In this document: piece by piece, positions 24,286 through 36,082 of the stretch
How positions within the stretch are numbered: the stretch's first letter is position 1
Layout: each line of letters begins with the position of its first letter
Assembly: GCA_937625935.1 (NCBI GenBank)
Contig: OW569350.1
Location: 62,001 to 126,000, forward strand
Reading direction: 5' to 3'
Length of the DNA stretch: 64,000 bases
Origin: Tetramitus jugosus
Lineage: Eukaryota > Protista > Heterolobosea
The notes under the pieces: model-generated
Told to the model about the DNA's origin: nothing
The model's input: only the letters and a program-made list of their open reading frames with translations
Databases searched by the model: none
Made by a program: the position numbers and the translations under genes

Positions 24286-26871
24286 TCACCGAGTTTTTGT
24301 TGCTCTCATTCGATTCAATTGTTCCACAATGAGAACTTCCTTGATAATCATGAGAGTGGCCTCTCTTGTGTTCATTCCTTCGATGGCATTGGTTTCGAGG
24401 TAGGGCAATTTGAGTTGTTTGGCCAATTGAACTGCTTGAAGTGCATTGACAAAGGCACTTGCATTCATGCATTGTTCTACCATTGTCTCTGCTTGCAAAT
24501 CAACCTTGTTTCCCACGAGAGTCATTGGCTTTTCTCCAGCAGATGAATGATGCATGATGAGTTCATGCAACTTTGTGGCTTGGTGCAAGGATGAGAGATC
24601 GTTCAGACTAAACAACAGCAGTACTCCATCATATGCATCCAAGTGCTTGTTCAGAATGGCATTTTGATCCAATACTTCAGCACGTATCTCTATGGGTATC
24701 ACTGTATCCATAGTCGCACCACCTGTTGCCTTCTTGTTTTTCTTATCGTCGTTTGACGCATCAAGGTCCCGTGATGATGGTGTAGGTATCTCTAAGCCAA
24801 ATGATCGATTGGGGAAGTATGGGTCATCGTTTGGAAAGAAACTTCTGATTTCTTTGACCATTGTTGACCGGCCTGATCCTACAGAACCAATCACTGCTAT
24901 CTTCACCAGCTTTGTCTGTTGACCATGCTTGGATCTGGGTTGACGTCTCGGTAATAGTTGCTCCAAGGTGACTGATTTGAAAATTCGCCTATTCCATATC
25001 AATTGATACTGTGTGCGCAAGTGTAGCAAAGGTACACTCTCTCGCAATTCTCGAAAGTATTTCTCTTCTGGAGTGGAGCCAAAAGGACTTATTCGCCCAA
25101 ATTGATCAATTATTCGTGGGTACATGAATGCCATCTTATACAAACATAATTCAGTTAGCTGATAATTTGAATTCTCATTCTGGATCCGTAATTCCTCAAA
25201 TATATTGTCCTCGGTTAGTCTGTCATAAAAAGTTTTAAGACAGAGAGCTTTCAGTCCAGGGACTCCATAGTCAATTGCTAATGGTAATAGTTCAGGCAAT
25301 AATGATTCTAGCTCCTCTCGAATCGTATCAGTATATAGATAGTGTACAAAAGCTTTCAGAACAGGAAAACTGAGATTCGAGGGCATATCGACGACATCAC
25401 TCAATCGTTCACTTCGAAAATAATCCTTAAAATATTGTGACCGAGCATTCAGTATGCTCTTATGAACTCGAAAGAGTTTTCTAGAAGACAATCGAGGTCC
25501 AAATTGCATTGAACCTCGCGCTCCAGAAGTGGCAGGTTTTGGGAGAGCAACAGACAACTTAATATCCGTATAATCAGCAAGCGAGAGATTTGTCATACTG
25601 GATGTGTTACTCTGAATATACATTTTCTCAAAATCCTTCTCTAACTGTTTCTTGGACTGCATAGGAGAATAGAAGCACTTCCGTTTGACCTTTCGATGTT
25701 CGTTAAACACATGTTCCACATCCAAACAGACTTTCACTTCTCGTTTCAAGTTGCTTAACGGAATTGATGGACATAACGCTGTCATAAAGGTCTTAAATTC
25801 TGAATAGTCTTGGAGGTTCTTCTCGACTAAATCGCACATGTGGAACATTGCACAATTTTTGAGTTGGGGCACAGAGAAGTAATGAGCCAAAGTTAACACT
25901 TCAATCAACATCTCTAAATTATTCTGCTCTACCCAGTTTTTGAACTTTGCACCAAATTCTGGTCTGAACAATCCCGTGTAAATGTACTCTAGAAGAATAA
26001 GAAAACTGTCCGGATTCCGCACAACAATGGGTAGTTCGAACTCTAAATCTACGGTGCAGTTCGAATGCATAAATTTTGTCATGCGCTCAGGCAACGATTG
26101 GCGAACATTGATGTAGTTGGAGCTTTCCAAGGGATTGATATTGGAAACTAGTTGTTGATGAGATACCGTTCCTATTTTCGAGCTAAAAAACGTGCTTCGG
26201 GCAGCCAGAACAGCTCTGTGAGCAAATGCTAAGAATTTTCTCTTTTGATTATTTTCGTCCTCTGTTAACAATACGATGATAATATCAAACAACTTGTCAT
26301 TACCTTCTGGAGCATGCTTCCAACCATGTTTTTCGTTCGAGTGAATCTCGACACAACTAGTACACAATAGAGATTCTAAATCTTGCACCAACACTTTATC
26401 TCTACGTGAGAGAAAGTTGAACATCATATCTTCGATCGGTTTTAGTGACAATCCTGTGAAACTGCTCAAAATGTTATCGTAATCATTTTCACTAGCTGAA
26501 TCGTTCCCCTTGACTTGCATCGTGACAGTTGAACAACGATTGAGAAGCTTTGATTCTCCATTTGGAACAGACTTGCGGTATGACAAGGTTTGTAAATCCG
26601 TCTTTTGTGGTGACATCCGATCTTGTTTAAGGGGTGTGGTCCTCGGATCTTGTATTGTGTTCTTCGACAACGAAGCAATCACCATCATTGCACTTTGAAA
26701 TATATTTTCTTGGGATCTAGTAGGGCTACTATTGTGTCGCCCTGGATGTTCTAGCTGAAATTGATCAAATTGCTGAACAATCTCATGTGGAATGGAGTGA
26801 ACGTAACCTTCGCGATTGTTATTCTTATCATTTCTCTTGATGGTACTGGGCAATGATATTCCACATCCCAT
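24286..26871 (-). CDS. Tandem BTB + C-terminal degenerate Ras-like GTPase domain protein
   Basis: Probable start MGCGIS. BTB1: DIII...AHRAVLAARSTFF...FLILLEYIYTG. BTB2: TDIKL...FRVHKSILNARSQYF...FVHYLYTD. G domain: KIAVIGSVGSGRST, DGVLLLFSL, LVGNKVDL, YLETNA. Confidence 0.8.
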   Translation of the reverse strand: MGCGISLPSTIKRNDKNNNREGYVHSIPHEIVQQFDQFQLEHPGRHNSSPTRSQENIFQSAMMVIASLSKNTIQDPRTTPLKQDRMSPQKTDLQTLSYRKSVPNGESKLLNRCSTVTMQVKGNDSASENDYDNILSSFTGLSLKPIEDMMFNFLSRRDKVLVQDLESLLCTSCVEIHSNEKHGWKHAPEGNDKLFDIIIVLLTEDENNQKRKFLAFAHRAVLAARSTFFSSKIGTVSHQQLVSNINPLESSNYINVRQSLPERMTKFMHSNCTVDLEFELPIVVRNPDSFLILLEYIYTGLFRPEFGAKFKNWVEQNNLEMLIEVLTLAHYFSVPQLKNCAMFHMCDLVEKNLQDYSEFKTFMTALCPSIPLSNLKREVKVCLDVEHVFNEHRKVKRKCFYSPMQSKKQLEKDFEKMYIQSNTSSMTNLSLADYTDIKLSVALPKPATSGARGSMQFGPRLSSRKLFRVHKSILNARSQYFKDYFRSERLSDVVDMPSNLSFPVLKAFVHYLYTDTIREELESLLPELLPLAIDYGVPGLKALCLKTFYDRLTEDNIFEELRIQNENSNYQLTELCLYKMAFMYPRIIDQFGRISPFGSTPEEKYFRELRESVPLLHLRTQYQLIWNRRIFKSVTLEQLLPRRQPRSKHGQQTKLVKIAVIGSVGSGRSTMVKEIRSFFPNDDPYFPNRSFGLEIPTPSSRDLDASNDDKKNKKATGGATMDTVIPIEIRAEVLDQNAILNKHLDAYDGVLLLFSLNDLSSLHQATKLHELIMHHSSAGEKPMTLVGNKVDLQAETMVEQCMNASAFVNALQAVQLAKQLKLPYLETNAIEGMNTREATLMIIKEVLIVEQLNRMRATKTR

Positions 26872-27160
26872 TCTTCTCAGAAAGAAGGATATGATAGATT
26901 GAGAGTGGTTTGTTTTGTTGTTTGTGGTCTTTGGTGTTGGTTCGAAAAGGATTCGCGCCTCCAGAGATTGGAAGGATTCAACTGTAGATGGATCCACCTG
27001 CTCACGCGCAAGTAAGTTCACCAATTTCAATCAGACACGAAAATTTTACTGTACGCAGCAACGGATATGGTCGAATGATTTCTTTTACCAAAGATAGAGA
27101 TCCTGGTACGCTGGTATGATATGAATGACTTATTATTCGCATTGAACATTTACTATATTA

Positions 27161-28922
27161 TTATTCAATCTTTGGCCTTTTTGCTTCTTCATCTTCTGCG
27201 TCCTCTTCAGCTTGGCGCTTTCGTTTCTTGTTTTCTGACACTTGGTCACTTGATCCATCGACTTGTTGGTCGTCGTCTTCGGTGTTCTCATTGTCTTCAT
27301 CATTTTCTTCGTCTTCACCCTCTTCTCCTTCTTCGTACTCTTCCTCTTCATCGTACTCTTCGTCACCGTCATTGAAATCGAGGTCTATTGGATCTTCAAA
27401 CTCTTTCCATGCATCCTGTCCCATCTTCATCTCCTCATCCGTCAACAGACACTCATCCAAAACTTTTATAATCTCTTCTTTGTTCAATTGGATTCCAATA
27501 AACACAAGCTCCTGTCTTCTGTCTCCAAAGTTTTCATCCCATATGCCCTTCTCTTTCAGTGACTCAATTTCTTTCTTGTCCTGTTCTTCGAAAATGTGAT
27601 CATCTGGCACAGACGCCCAATAATGTTCTCCTGATTGAACTCTGAGTGTTCCTCCAGCCTGACTCCATATTCCATAATTGTCCATCTTGGTACACAACCA
27701 AAAGAATCCCTTGGATCGCAGCACTTGACCCAACAAGTCTGCATTACCAATAAAGTTTTCAGAGAGACGCAATGGATGGAATGGACGTTTCCTTCTATAA
27801 ACAAAGCTAACAATACCATACTCTAGTGTCTCTGGATTGTGCTCCTTCTTCTCCAACTCTTCTATCCAATCATTTCTGGTCATTGCCTTATCAAAGTCAA
27901 ACAGACCCGTGTTGAGAATTCTATTGAGTGGAACTCGACCAAACGAAGCCTCCAACAGTTGTGCCTCAGGGTTCATACTACCAATAATGTTCTTCAATCT
28001 TTGAAGTTCCTCCTTTGAGACCAAATCGATCTTATTCAAAATAATCACATCAGCAAACTCTACTTGATCGGCCAACAGATTCACAACACTTCTCTCATCT
28101 TCTTCTCCACTGCTCATCTCTCTCGTCTTTAGTGTATCTTCGCTCGTATAATCATCCAAAAAGTTTCTACAGTCCACAACGGTGACCATCGTGTCCAATC
28201 GAGCCAAATCTCTCAAGTTGGGCACTTCGACACTCTCTTTTGTTTCTTCTTCCGTTTCAGTCTCTTGTTGTTGCTTCTCTGTTGAAGCAGTACTACCACT
28301 ATCATCAGTATTTGTGTTCGTTTCATGCTTTTCTTCATGCTTTTCTTCATGTTCATGATCGTGTTCATGGTCGCAGTCGTCACAGTCATCCTCCTCTTCT
28401 GCTTCTTCCTTTGCTTTCAAAAAGTAATCGAGATCGAATGAAAAGGTTTGTGCAACGGGGATAGGCTCCGATATGCCCGTACTCTCAATCACCAAATAAT
28501 CAAATGCATTCTCCTTGGCCAATTCTGCCACATGCACCATTAAATCAGCTTGAAGTGTACAACAGATGCAACCATTGCTCATCTCAACCATCTTTTTTGT
28601 CAATTGTTCACTCTGTTCCTTCTTGTCACCCAGTTGAACCAACTTGGCATCCACATTGACTTCGTTCATATCATTGACGATCACTGCGATCCTAAGCTTG
28701 TGATTTGGATCATTGAGAATATAGTTGAGCAGAGTAGTCTAACAAGTTTTATTCAAACAAATAAAGATTCGTTAGTCTGAATGACATTCAAAGTGAACAG
28801 AAAAGGACTCTTTTAATTGCAAAGTTTAGTTGCAAAATGAAGGTTTGACTTACCTTGCCTGCACCTAGGAATCCACTGAGAACAGTGACTGGTAAGCGTT
28901 TGTGTTCTTGTTCAGATGTCAT
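27161..28922 (-). CDS. COG0523/CobW (ZNG1-type) G3E GTPase metallochaperone, 2 exons
   Basis: LPVTVLSGFLGAGK|TTLL across intron 28739-28853, IVNDM.EVNVDA, EMSNGCICCTL, IESTGISEP, NKID, RPFHP.R, LRSKGFFW, GDRRQELVFIG. Has a His/Asp-rich insert and an acidic tail. Confidence 0.95.
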
Positions 28923-29092
28923 TTGTTGTGTGTTTGTATTGTGTGTGCTTACTTGCTCTTGGTTGGTTTTCTTTTTCGATAGCGAGTTGCGCTCTGAATG
29001 CGCAGTGTGAATGCGGAGGTTGGCCCAGAATGTGAAAAAAAATGCGGGGTGCACGTTTTTGTTGAATACAAATGCGAAGCCCCGCGTATTTT

Positions 29093-31714
29093 TTATTGCG
29101 AAGAAGGGGTTTTGATCCGCACATATACAATGAAACGGTCCTTGGGCACTGGACGATACTCTTCAGAGTTTCGTATACTCTCTTGAATCTCAAGTCCTTG
29201 GGCGTCCTTGTCCACTCTACGAACACTGACTATTTCTGCCCCGATTGAGCTCAGTTCTTTCATCGCATAGGGCTGCAGTTCATCACTCAAGTCATCACCA
29301 GTGTAGGATGCATCCCGAAGCAGCATTCGAACAGTGCTGACTGAATCGTACATATCATTTGGAATGGTACCATCTCTAAATAAAATATTAAAACTAGGTT
29401 TCAACAACCGAAAATCTAAAAACACAGTCAGCGAGTCAACCGGATCTGGCGTTTTGGACGTTGTTTGGACAGCTTGTGGTGCTGCAGACTCCATTTTCAC
29501 TTCTATTTGATCCGTATCCGACGTAGAATCAGTGGTTTTGTTGGGACTAACAGATTTTGATGTCACTGGGATCTGCTCTCCATTCTTTTCCATCTTCGCT
29601 TTCAACTTCTTTGCCTTGACATAGCAATTACCACACACTTTCAATGAATCGTTCAGAGGAGAATTGGGGAACAATATTTTGTACACATCCTTCTGTGTGT
29701 CGTACGATAATTGTTGTTGGCCGAGTGTTCCCTGACAGCAACAGCACTTAATATTTTCCTTCTCTGCTTTGAACTTTTTGCACTTTTGGTAGCATGTGTA
29801 GCACACTCTCCCTGGTTTCGAGCTTGGAAACAACTCTGTATAGAATTCAGCGTACGTAGAATACAACGCTCCTGTTCTGCTACCCATGTCCTGATAGCAA
29901 CAACAGCAGGTATTCGGTGGGTCGTGCTGCTTTTGTTTTTCCGGAGAAACCTTGGCAAGGCTTATCTTCTTTTTAGTAACAGTCCTGCTCTCGGTATCCG
30001 AGTCATCGGTCTCGCTCCCCTTGCTTTCCTTGATATTGTTCACTTTACCTTGCTTTTTATGTCTAGCCATTTTCAAATAGCAATTTTGACAAACCTTACC
30101 AGAGTCTGTCACTGGCGACTCTGTAAATACGCCCTTGTATGAATCTGAGTACTTATATTGCTTACGAGTTAAATTTGAGGCACAACAGGCGCACTTTAAA
30201 CCTTGTTTCTTGGCAACATGCTCCCGACAATTCTCATAACACGATTGACAAACATAACCCTCTTTTGCATGAGGATAGAGTTCGCGATAGTATGGAGCAT
30301 AGCCGTTCTGACCTGTGTTCAACATAAATCGCGACTTACTACCGATCGTTTCGTTACAGCACACACATACTAAGGGAGCAGTTCGGTTGGGTGTTGATTT
30401 CTCATTCACCATTGACGAATCCTGAGTGTGAAGTGGATAATCCTGTACAACGTCCTTCTTCACTGGCGTATTGCTAAAATCACTCAAATCAGTGCTGCTG
30501 TCCTCAGTCACATCACCACTATTTTGGAATGTTGACAAGTGATTACCACTTGTCGTCAAATGGTTATGATTATTACTATCATGATCGGTATTATTATTAT
30601 TATTATTCACATCGTCGGTACTATTGTTCATATCTACATCTGATTCTTCTGTATCATAATCTGACTCAAGATCACTGTCGTCATCATAGTTCACTGTCGT
30701 AAATTGTCGCGATTCAAAATATGCCTTCATGTAACAATTGCTGCACACTGTTCTTGATCCACCAACAGGAGAATCTGGAAACAGTTGCTTGTAGATGCTC
30801 TGATGCTTCTCATAGGGTTTCTGCTTCTTCTCCAATTGAGATGCACAGCATGCACACGTCGTGTCTATACTTCTCTTCTTTGATATTGAGAAATCAATAT
30901 CATTGTCTTGATCAATGTCCTTATTTACATCGGCAATGACTGGTTTTTGATCTGTTTCTTCCGATGTTCTCACCTTTTTACTCGGAGGTGAAGATGATAG
31001 TCGTTCAGCAGAATCGTCATGGTTTTTCCGCTTTGTACCTACCGCGGCACTATTCATCTCACTGCTGTTATTGTTACTATTAATACTGCTTTTCGCTGTT
31101 GTGGAGGATCCAGATTTCGCGTACAGTATCAACTTTTTTCGATTCTTTGGTTCGGATACCGCAGTACTGCCGTTCTTATTTGAATTCGGACTATTCGTAT
31201 CATCGCTCTTCTTTTTTGGGCTCGTCTTTTTCTTTCTCTTCTTCTTCTTCTTTTTGAGTAGCTTTGATTCGGCATCGCTGTTTCTCTTACTGCTACTTGT
31301 TTCGCTACTACTACTACTGTCACCACTACTGCTGTGACCACCATCACCATCTGTTTTCTGTTTGCTGCTTGCTGGTTTTTGTTTCTCTTGCTTCTTCATG
31401 TACGATCTCGCTTTGACATAACAATTGGCACATGTCTTGCCAGAGTCACTGAGTGGTGAGTTGGGAAAGAGTGCCTTGTACGCGACTTCCAACGAAGAAT
31501 AGAGCAATTGTTTGGCGCCTAGAACATTGCCACAACATGCACACTTGACTTGATTGACTCTTGCGATATGTGCTCTGCACTTGTCATAACACATGGGACA
31601 CACTTGACCTGTTGTTGACTCTGGAAACAACTCCTTGAAATATTTGGCATGCGTAATGGTTGTGTAACCAGCACTTTTGAACTTTGTTTTGCAACAAGCA
31701 CAATCTACTTCCAT
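29093..31714 (-). CDS. Basic, probably nuclear protein with seven CxCC-x(27-35)-CxxCY putative zinc-binding repeats
   Basis: Seven internal repeats are visible in the translation, plus a poly-K stretch (KKKKKKRKKK) that may be an NLS. No recognised family. Confidence 0.7.
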   Translation of the reverse strand: MEVDCACCKTKFKSAGYTTITHAKYFKELFPESTTGQVCPMCYDKCRAHIARVNQVKCACCGNVLGAKQLLYSSLEVAYKALFPNSPLSDSGKTCANCYVKARSYMKKQEKQKPASSKQKTDGDGGHSSSGDSSSSSETSSSKRNSDAESKLLKKKKKKRKKKTSPKKKSDDTNSPNSNKNGSTAVSEPKNRKKLILYAKSGSSTTAKSSINSNNNSSEMNSAAVGTKRKNHDDSAERLSSSPPSKKVRTSEETDQKPVIADVNKDIDQDNDIDFSISKKRSIDTTCACCASQLEKKQKPYEKHQSIYKQLFPDSPVGGSRTVCSNCYMKAYFESRQFTTVNYDDDSDLESDYDTEESDVDMNNSTDDVNNNNNNTDHDSNNHNHLTTSGNHLSTFQNSGDVTEDSSTDLSDFSNTPVKKDVVQDYPLHTQDSSMVNEKSTPNRTAPLVCVCCNETIGSKSRFMLNTGQNGYAPYYRELYPHAKEGYVCQSCYENCREHVAKKQGLKCACCASNLTRKQYKYSDSYKGVFTESPVTDSGKVCQNCYLKMARHKKQGKVNNIKESKGSETDDSDTESRTVTKKKISLAKVSPEKQKQHDPPNTCCCCYQDMGSRTGALYSTYAEFYTELFPSSKPGRVCYTCYQKCKKFKAEKENIKCCCCQGTLGQQQLSYDTQKDVYKILFPNSPLNDSLKVCGNCYVKAKKLKAKMEKNGEQIPVTSKSVSPNKTTDSTSDTDQIEVKMESAAPQAVQTTSKTPDPVDSLTVFLDFRLLKPSFNILFRDGTIPNDMYDSVSTVRMLLRDASYTGDDLSDELQPYAMKELSSIGAEIVSVRRVDKDAQGLEIQESIRNSEEYRPVPKDRFIVYVRIKTPSSQ

Positions 31715-32110
31715 GTTCACTTGTTGTATTGGTTGGTAAGGATGATGCTTTTTGTATTTGAAGTTGTGTTGGTGGTGTGAATGTTCGTGTTGTATTGTGC
31801 TGATGTTGATTTGTAGTTTTTATATGTTGTGGTTTTGTTTGAGTTTCTTGTTTCAGAACCAAAACATTCAGCACACAAACTCTCAATGAATGTGATGTTA
31901 TTAATAGCTAAATGTAGCCACAACTCCTTGGTCGTTGATGTGGGGCAATCTTCCCAACACAAGAAGAATAATTTCCAGAGCAGAAGATATTTTGCCGCCT
32001 TTTATTGTAACACAAAAAAAGCTCAAACACAACAACAATCGACAACAAACAACAACAATAAGTTATTTGATTTTTTCTGAACAAAAACACAGATCTGCAC
32101 ATCAACAACA

Positions 32111-34956
32111 ATGGGCTATACCGCATTTGAGCTTCACAGCGTCATTGAAAATATTCCACTCAAGATTGAGTCGATTGCTGTTTGGGGTGACACATTGTTC
32201 GTTGGCACAGACTCTGGCGTACTACTCGTCTACAACATTACATACACCAGTATCAGAGAGTCCGCCAATCCTAAAAAACGATTCACCTATGCACTCACCT
32301 CCTCTCGCAAAGACTTTTCCAAAAAAGCGATCAATCAACTGTGCACCGTACCAGAATTAGGCATATTGGTCAGTTTGTCCGATGGTCAAATACGATTGCA
32401 CACATTGAGTATGCTCAGAGAGATTGATGTGCTCAAGAATGCAAAGAGTCAGAACATGAAGGGCATTGAAGAGTTTTCACTCAAGAAGCACCATGGTCAA
32501 TTCACCATTGCACTCACAATGTCAAAAAAGTTGGTCATTATGCAATACAGCAGCAAAGAATCAACATTCAAGTTTGAACAAGAGCTGACACTGCCTGACA
32601 ATGCAAAATCAATCAATTGGTGCGGTGAGAACATTTGTATCGGTTTCAAGAGAGAGTATTCGTTGGTGGATCTAAAGAGCACGAGTCCACCAAAGAAATT
32701 GTTCAATACGGGAGCAAGTCAACAAACTACACTCGGCTGCAGTTTGCCCAATGAGATTGTTGTTGCCATCAACAGTATGTGTGTTTTTGTGTCTATTTTT
32801 CAATCTATTTCCTCTATTCTGTGCTCAACAACTTACCATCTTTGATAGATATTGGTATTACTGTGAATTTCGAGGGAAAACCAACAAGAAAGTATGGTAT
32901 TGGATGGGGAGAAATGCCACCATGCATTGGCTACTTGGAACCATACTTGATTGCACCTGTGGGCATGTTTGTCGAGATTCGAATTCTGAGCAACTCGGGA
33001 CAGAATGATCCATTTGTTCAAACTGTTCCCGTCAATGGAATCACAAAGATTTCTCAATCCAACTTTGTGGATTATGATGACCTAGTGTTGGATCATGGAC
33101 TCGGTGTCGCCTTCCGAACAAAAACCAAATTGGATCTCGAAGATGAAATTGATCCCGAGAATAGAATATTTTTGTGTACAAAGACCAATGTGTATGCGTT
33201 GACAATGAGACAGTTTTATTTGCAGGCGTTTGAATTGCAACAGAACAAGGAATTTGAGCAGGCATTGCATATTTGTGAGATTGTTGATGGAACAAAGTAT
33301 CAAATCGAACAGAGACGTGTGCGCAGTATCCACCTCGATTATGCCTATCAATTGTTTGCCAAGGGAGAATTCGACTTGTCTATGCATCACTTTAAGCTAA
33401 GTAATGATGATCCGAGAATGGTTCTGGGATTGTTCCCTGATTTGTTGCCATCCACCTCAAAATCATACAAGCAAATGGCACCTTTCTCACCCGATGAAAA
33501 AGCAAAGGTTGACAAAATGCTCAAGGATGTCGAGCAGCGCAATAATGCACTCAATGCCTTGATTCAATATTTGAGCTGTAAGAGAGTGCCTGTTACTACT
33601 GAGATTGAAAAAACTGAGCTGCAAATTGCTGAGGCTGTTGATACAGCATTTTTGAAGGCGCTCTTGTACAGTAACGATGAATTTGTAACAAACTTTTTGC
33701 AGAATCCAAACAGATGTATCATAGCCGACAGCGAAAGAGTGTTGCATCAGCATAAGAAATTTGCAGAATTAGTCCTCTTCTACAAATCAAAGGTATTGCA
33801 TGAGAGAGCTCTCGTTCTTCTCAAGCAACTTGGAAAGGGCGATAAAAATAAGGAAGTAGGATTCACTGATCTCAACGGAGTGAGACCAACTATTAAATAT
33901 TTGCAAGAATTGAAGGGAGATGATAAATTCATCCTCAAGTTCAGTCGGTGGGTGTTGAAGAGGGAACCAATCCTCGGTTTGAAAATTTTCCAGACCAAGG
34001 ACTGCCCATTCGACATTTACCAAGTATTGGATCACCTGGAGAGCATCAACGGACAAAAGAACACGATGGCTATCGCCTATTTGGAACATTTGATTCGAGT
34101 GGAAAAGATGACAGACTCAGAGTTGCACAACCGTCTCATCGTTTTGTATTTGAACTATATTACAAGTACACCGGATGCACGAGAAATCAATCCAACAACA
34201 GGAAAGCCAACGTACGATCTAGGTGACGTACAGAATCGATTGAAACAATTCTTATCCGAATCTCAACATTATAACGCTGAAAGAATGCTCTCAAAGTTCC
34301 CATTTGCCAGTTTGTACGAAGAAAGAGCAATTTTGTTGAGTCGAATCAACAGACATTCGCAAGCACTGAATATTTATGTACACAAGTTAAACAGACCGGA
34401 TTTGGCAGAAGAGTACTGTGTTAAGCACTTTGATCCATCTCCAACAGCACCGGAAGAGAGCAGGGAAATTTTCATCACACTTTTGAGAATGAATTTGCAG
34501 CCCCCAGGTTCTGATGAATCGCCAAAAATTGATGATGCCATTCGTCTGCTCGAGAAACATCACCACAAAATTGATGTGAACAAGGCGTTGAGACTGTTGC
34601 CAGGAGATGTACCTGTCACCAAATTGAACAGATTTTTGGAGAGTGTGCTGAGATCGCATGTGACCAAGAGACGCACACTCCAAGTCACTAAAAACCTCTC
34701 CCGAAGTGAAAATTTGCAGGTACAAGAGAAGCACATTCAAGAAAGGAAGAGAGTTGTAAAGATCAAGACTGGGAGATTGTGTCAAGTGTGTAACAGACCT
34801 CTTGGACTGTCAGCTTTTGCGTGCTATCCCAACGACGTAGTTGTGCACTATGTGTGTACGAAGAACAATATTCACGTGTGTCCCGTGACAGGAAAGCAAT
34901 TTTTGAAGGATGAAATTTCACTGCAATACTCGGATTTCAAAGACGAACAACAATAA
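32111..34956 (+). CDS. VPS39: HOPS subunit Vps39/Vam6 (CNH + clathrin repeat + C-terminal Zn finger), 2 exons
   Basis: CNH start (IESIAVWGDTLFVGT..G.LLVY), intron 32775-32848, VDTAFLKA, LHERAL.LL, LHNRLI.LY, LYEERAILL.RI.RH..AL, C.VC.R.LG.SAF..YP...VVHY.C. Confidence 0.92.
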
Positions 34957-34976
34957 ATTATAATAGTAGTAATTAT

Positions 34977-35603
34977 CTACAGGTTTACAAGGTGTTCAAC
35001 CCGAACCCACTCAAGACTATCTTGACTCTTCTTTCTCTGTTCTTTTCTTGTTTGATAGCTGGATTCGATTTTCTCTAGCTCAGAGTTACCAACCAACGTT
35101 TCAAACATGCTTCTATAAAGTTGGTCCTGCAAACTTGCTCTCTCTTGTCTCCTGATGTGATAGTTCATCGTATTTGGATGACTAGTCTTGCAGCTCTTCC
35201 TTGATCTCTTTGAGATCTTGTTTCTTGAGTTGCTGCTACTCGCTTTGTTCTCTCTTAAAAATTTTCTTGTTGTATTGTTTCCTGACGACTGTATTGTCCA
35301 ATGACAGGCGAACCCTGTGCCTAAGTTTCTCTGTTCAATCGTGCTGGAAGGCCGAGCAGAAGATGAAGCAGAAAGATAAGAAGAGGAATGTGCTTGGATT
35401 AGAGGAGGGCTTGAATTCTTTGAGTGTCGGTGAAAGGCAGGAGATGGTGGTCTTGGTTCGGGGCAAGGTATGACTTCTATTTGAATGGGCGACTGGTGGC
35501 GATCAGACCATTTGTTTGAGAAGGCAAAGGAGGACCTTACGAACTCGGAGTGACTCATCTGGTTCTGGACCATGCTATTGTTCATCGATACAGCTTCTGT
35601 CAT
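34977..35603 (-). CDS. Hypothetical Ser/basic-rich protein
   Basis: 208-aa ATG ORF with an A-rich start context (CAAACACTATG), convergent on VPS39. No recognisable domain. Confidence 0.55.
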   Translation of the reverse strand: MTEAVSMNNSMVQNQMSHSEFVRSSFAFSNKWSDRHQSPIQIEVIPCPEPRPPSPAFHRHSKNSSPPLIQAHSSSYLSASSSARPSSTIEQRNLGTGFACHWTIQSSGNNTTRKFLRENKASSSNSRNKISKRSRKSCKTSHPNTMNYHIRRQERASLQDQLYRSMFETLVGNSELEKIESSYQTRKEQRKKSQDSLEWVRVEHLVNL

Positions 35604-36082
35604 AGTGTTTGTTGAATGTTGATGGGAACAAAGGTTGTCGAGGTGTTGTTCTTTCTTTGATTGGCTTTGTTTGCAGAATTTAGTGTGAAAATGATGGCTA
35701 TAAATCTGTTTAAGAGATGCGGATCACTAACGTGTGACGAACTGGATGGGTAGGTGGGAATCATTCGTCCTTGGACTAATCGCCTAGATACAAGCCAAAC
35801 AAGTCAGAAAACAAAAGTGCACACTGGCGGCGAAGCTGTGAATTCGAGGTGATGGCAGACAAGCAAATCTTTCCGGTACACACCACTTCCATTCGAAGAC
35901 ATCAATAATCCCTCTCCGCACTATGATTCGTAGGTGACATGCCAGAAATTGGGCACATTGCAGGATTCGGCAAAGCCCAAAGTTCCCTCTCGAAAGTGAA
36001 AAAATGGCAGTAGCTCTATTATTACAGTAAGTGTATTCACAACTGATTCCAATGTGGAAGTTGAACATTGCGTCAAGTAAAT

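Noticed and set aside
35610-36080. Longer intergenic regions (also 20120-20510, 52230-52570, 55465-55930) as ncRNA candidates
   Set aside because: I could not identify a tRNA, snRNA or other structured-RNA signature by eye. An Rfam scan would be needed.
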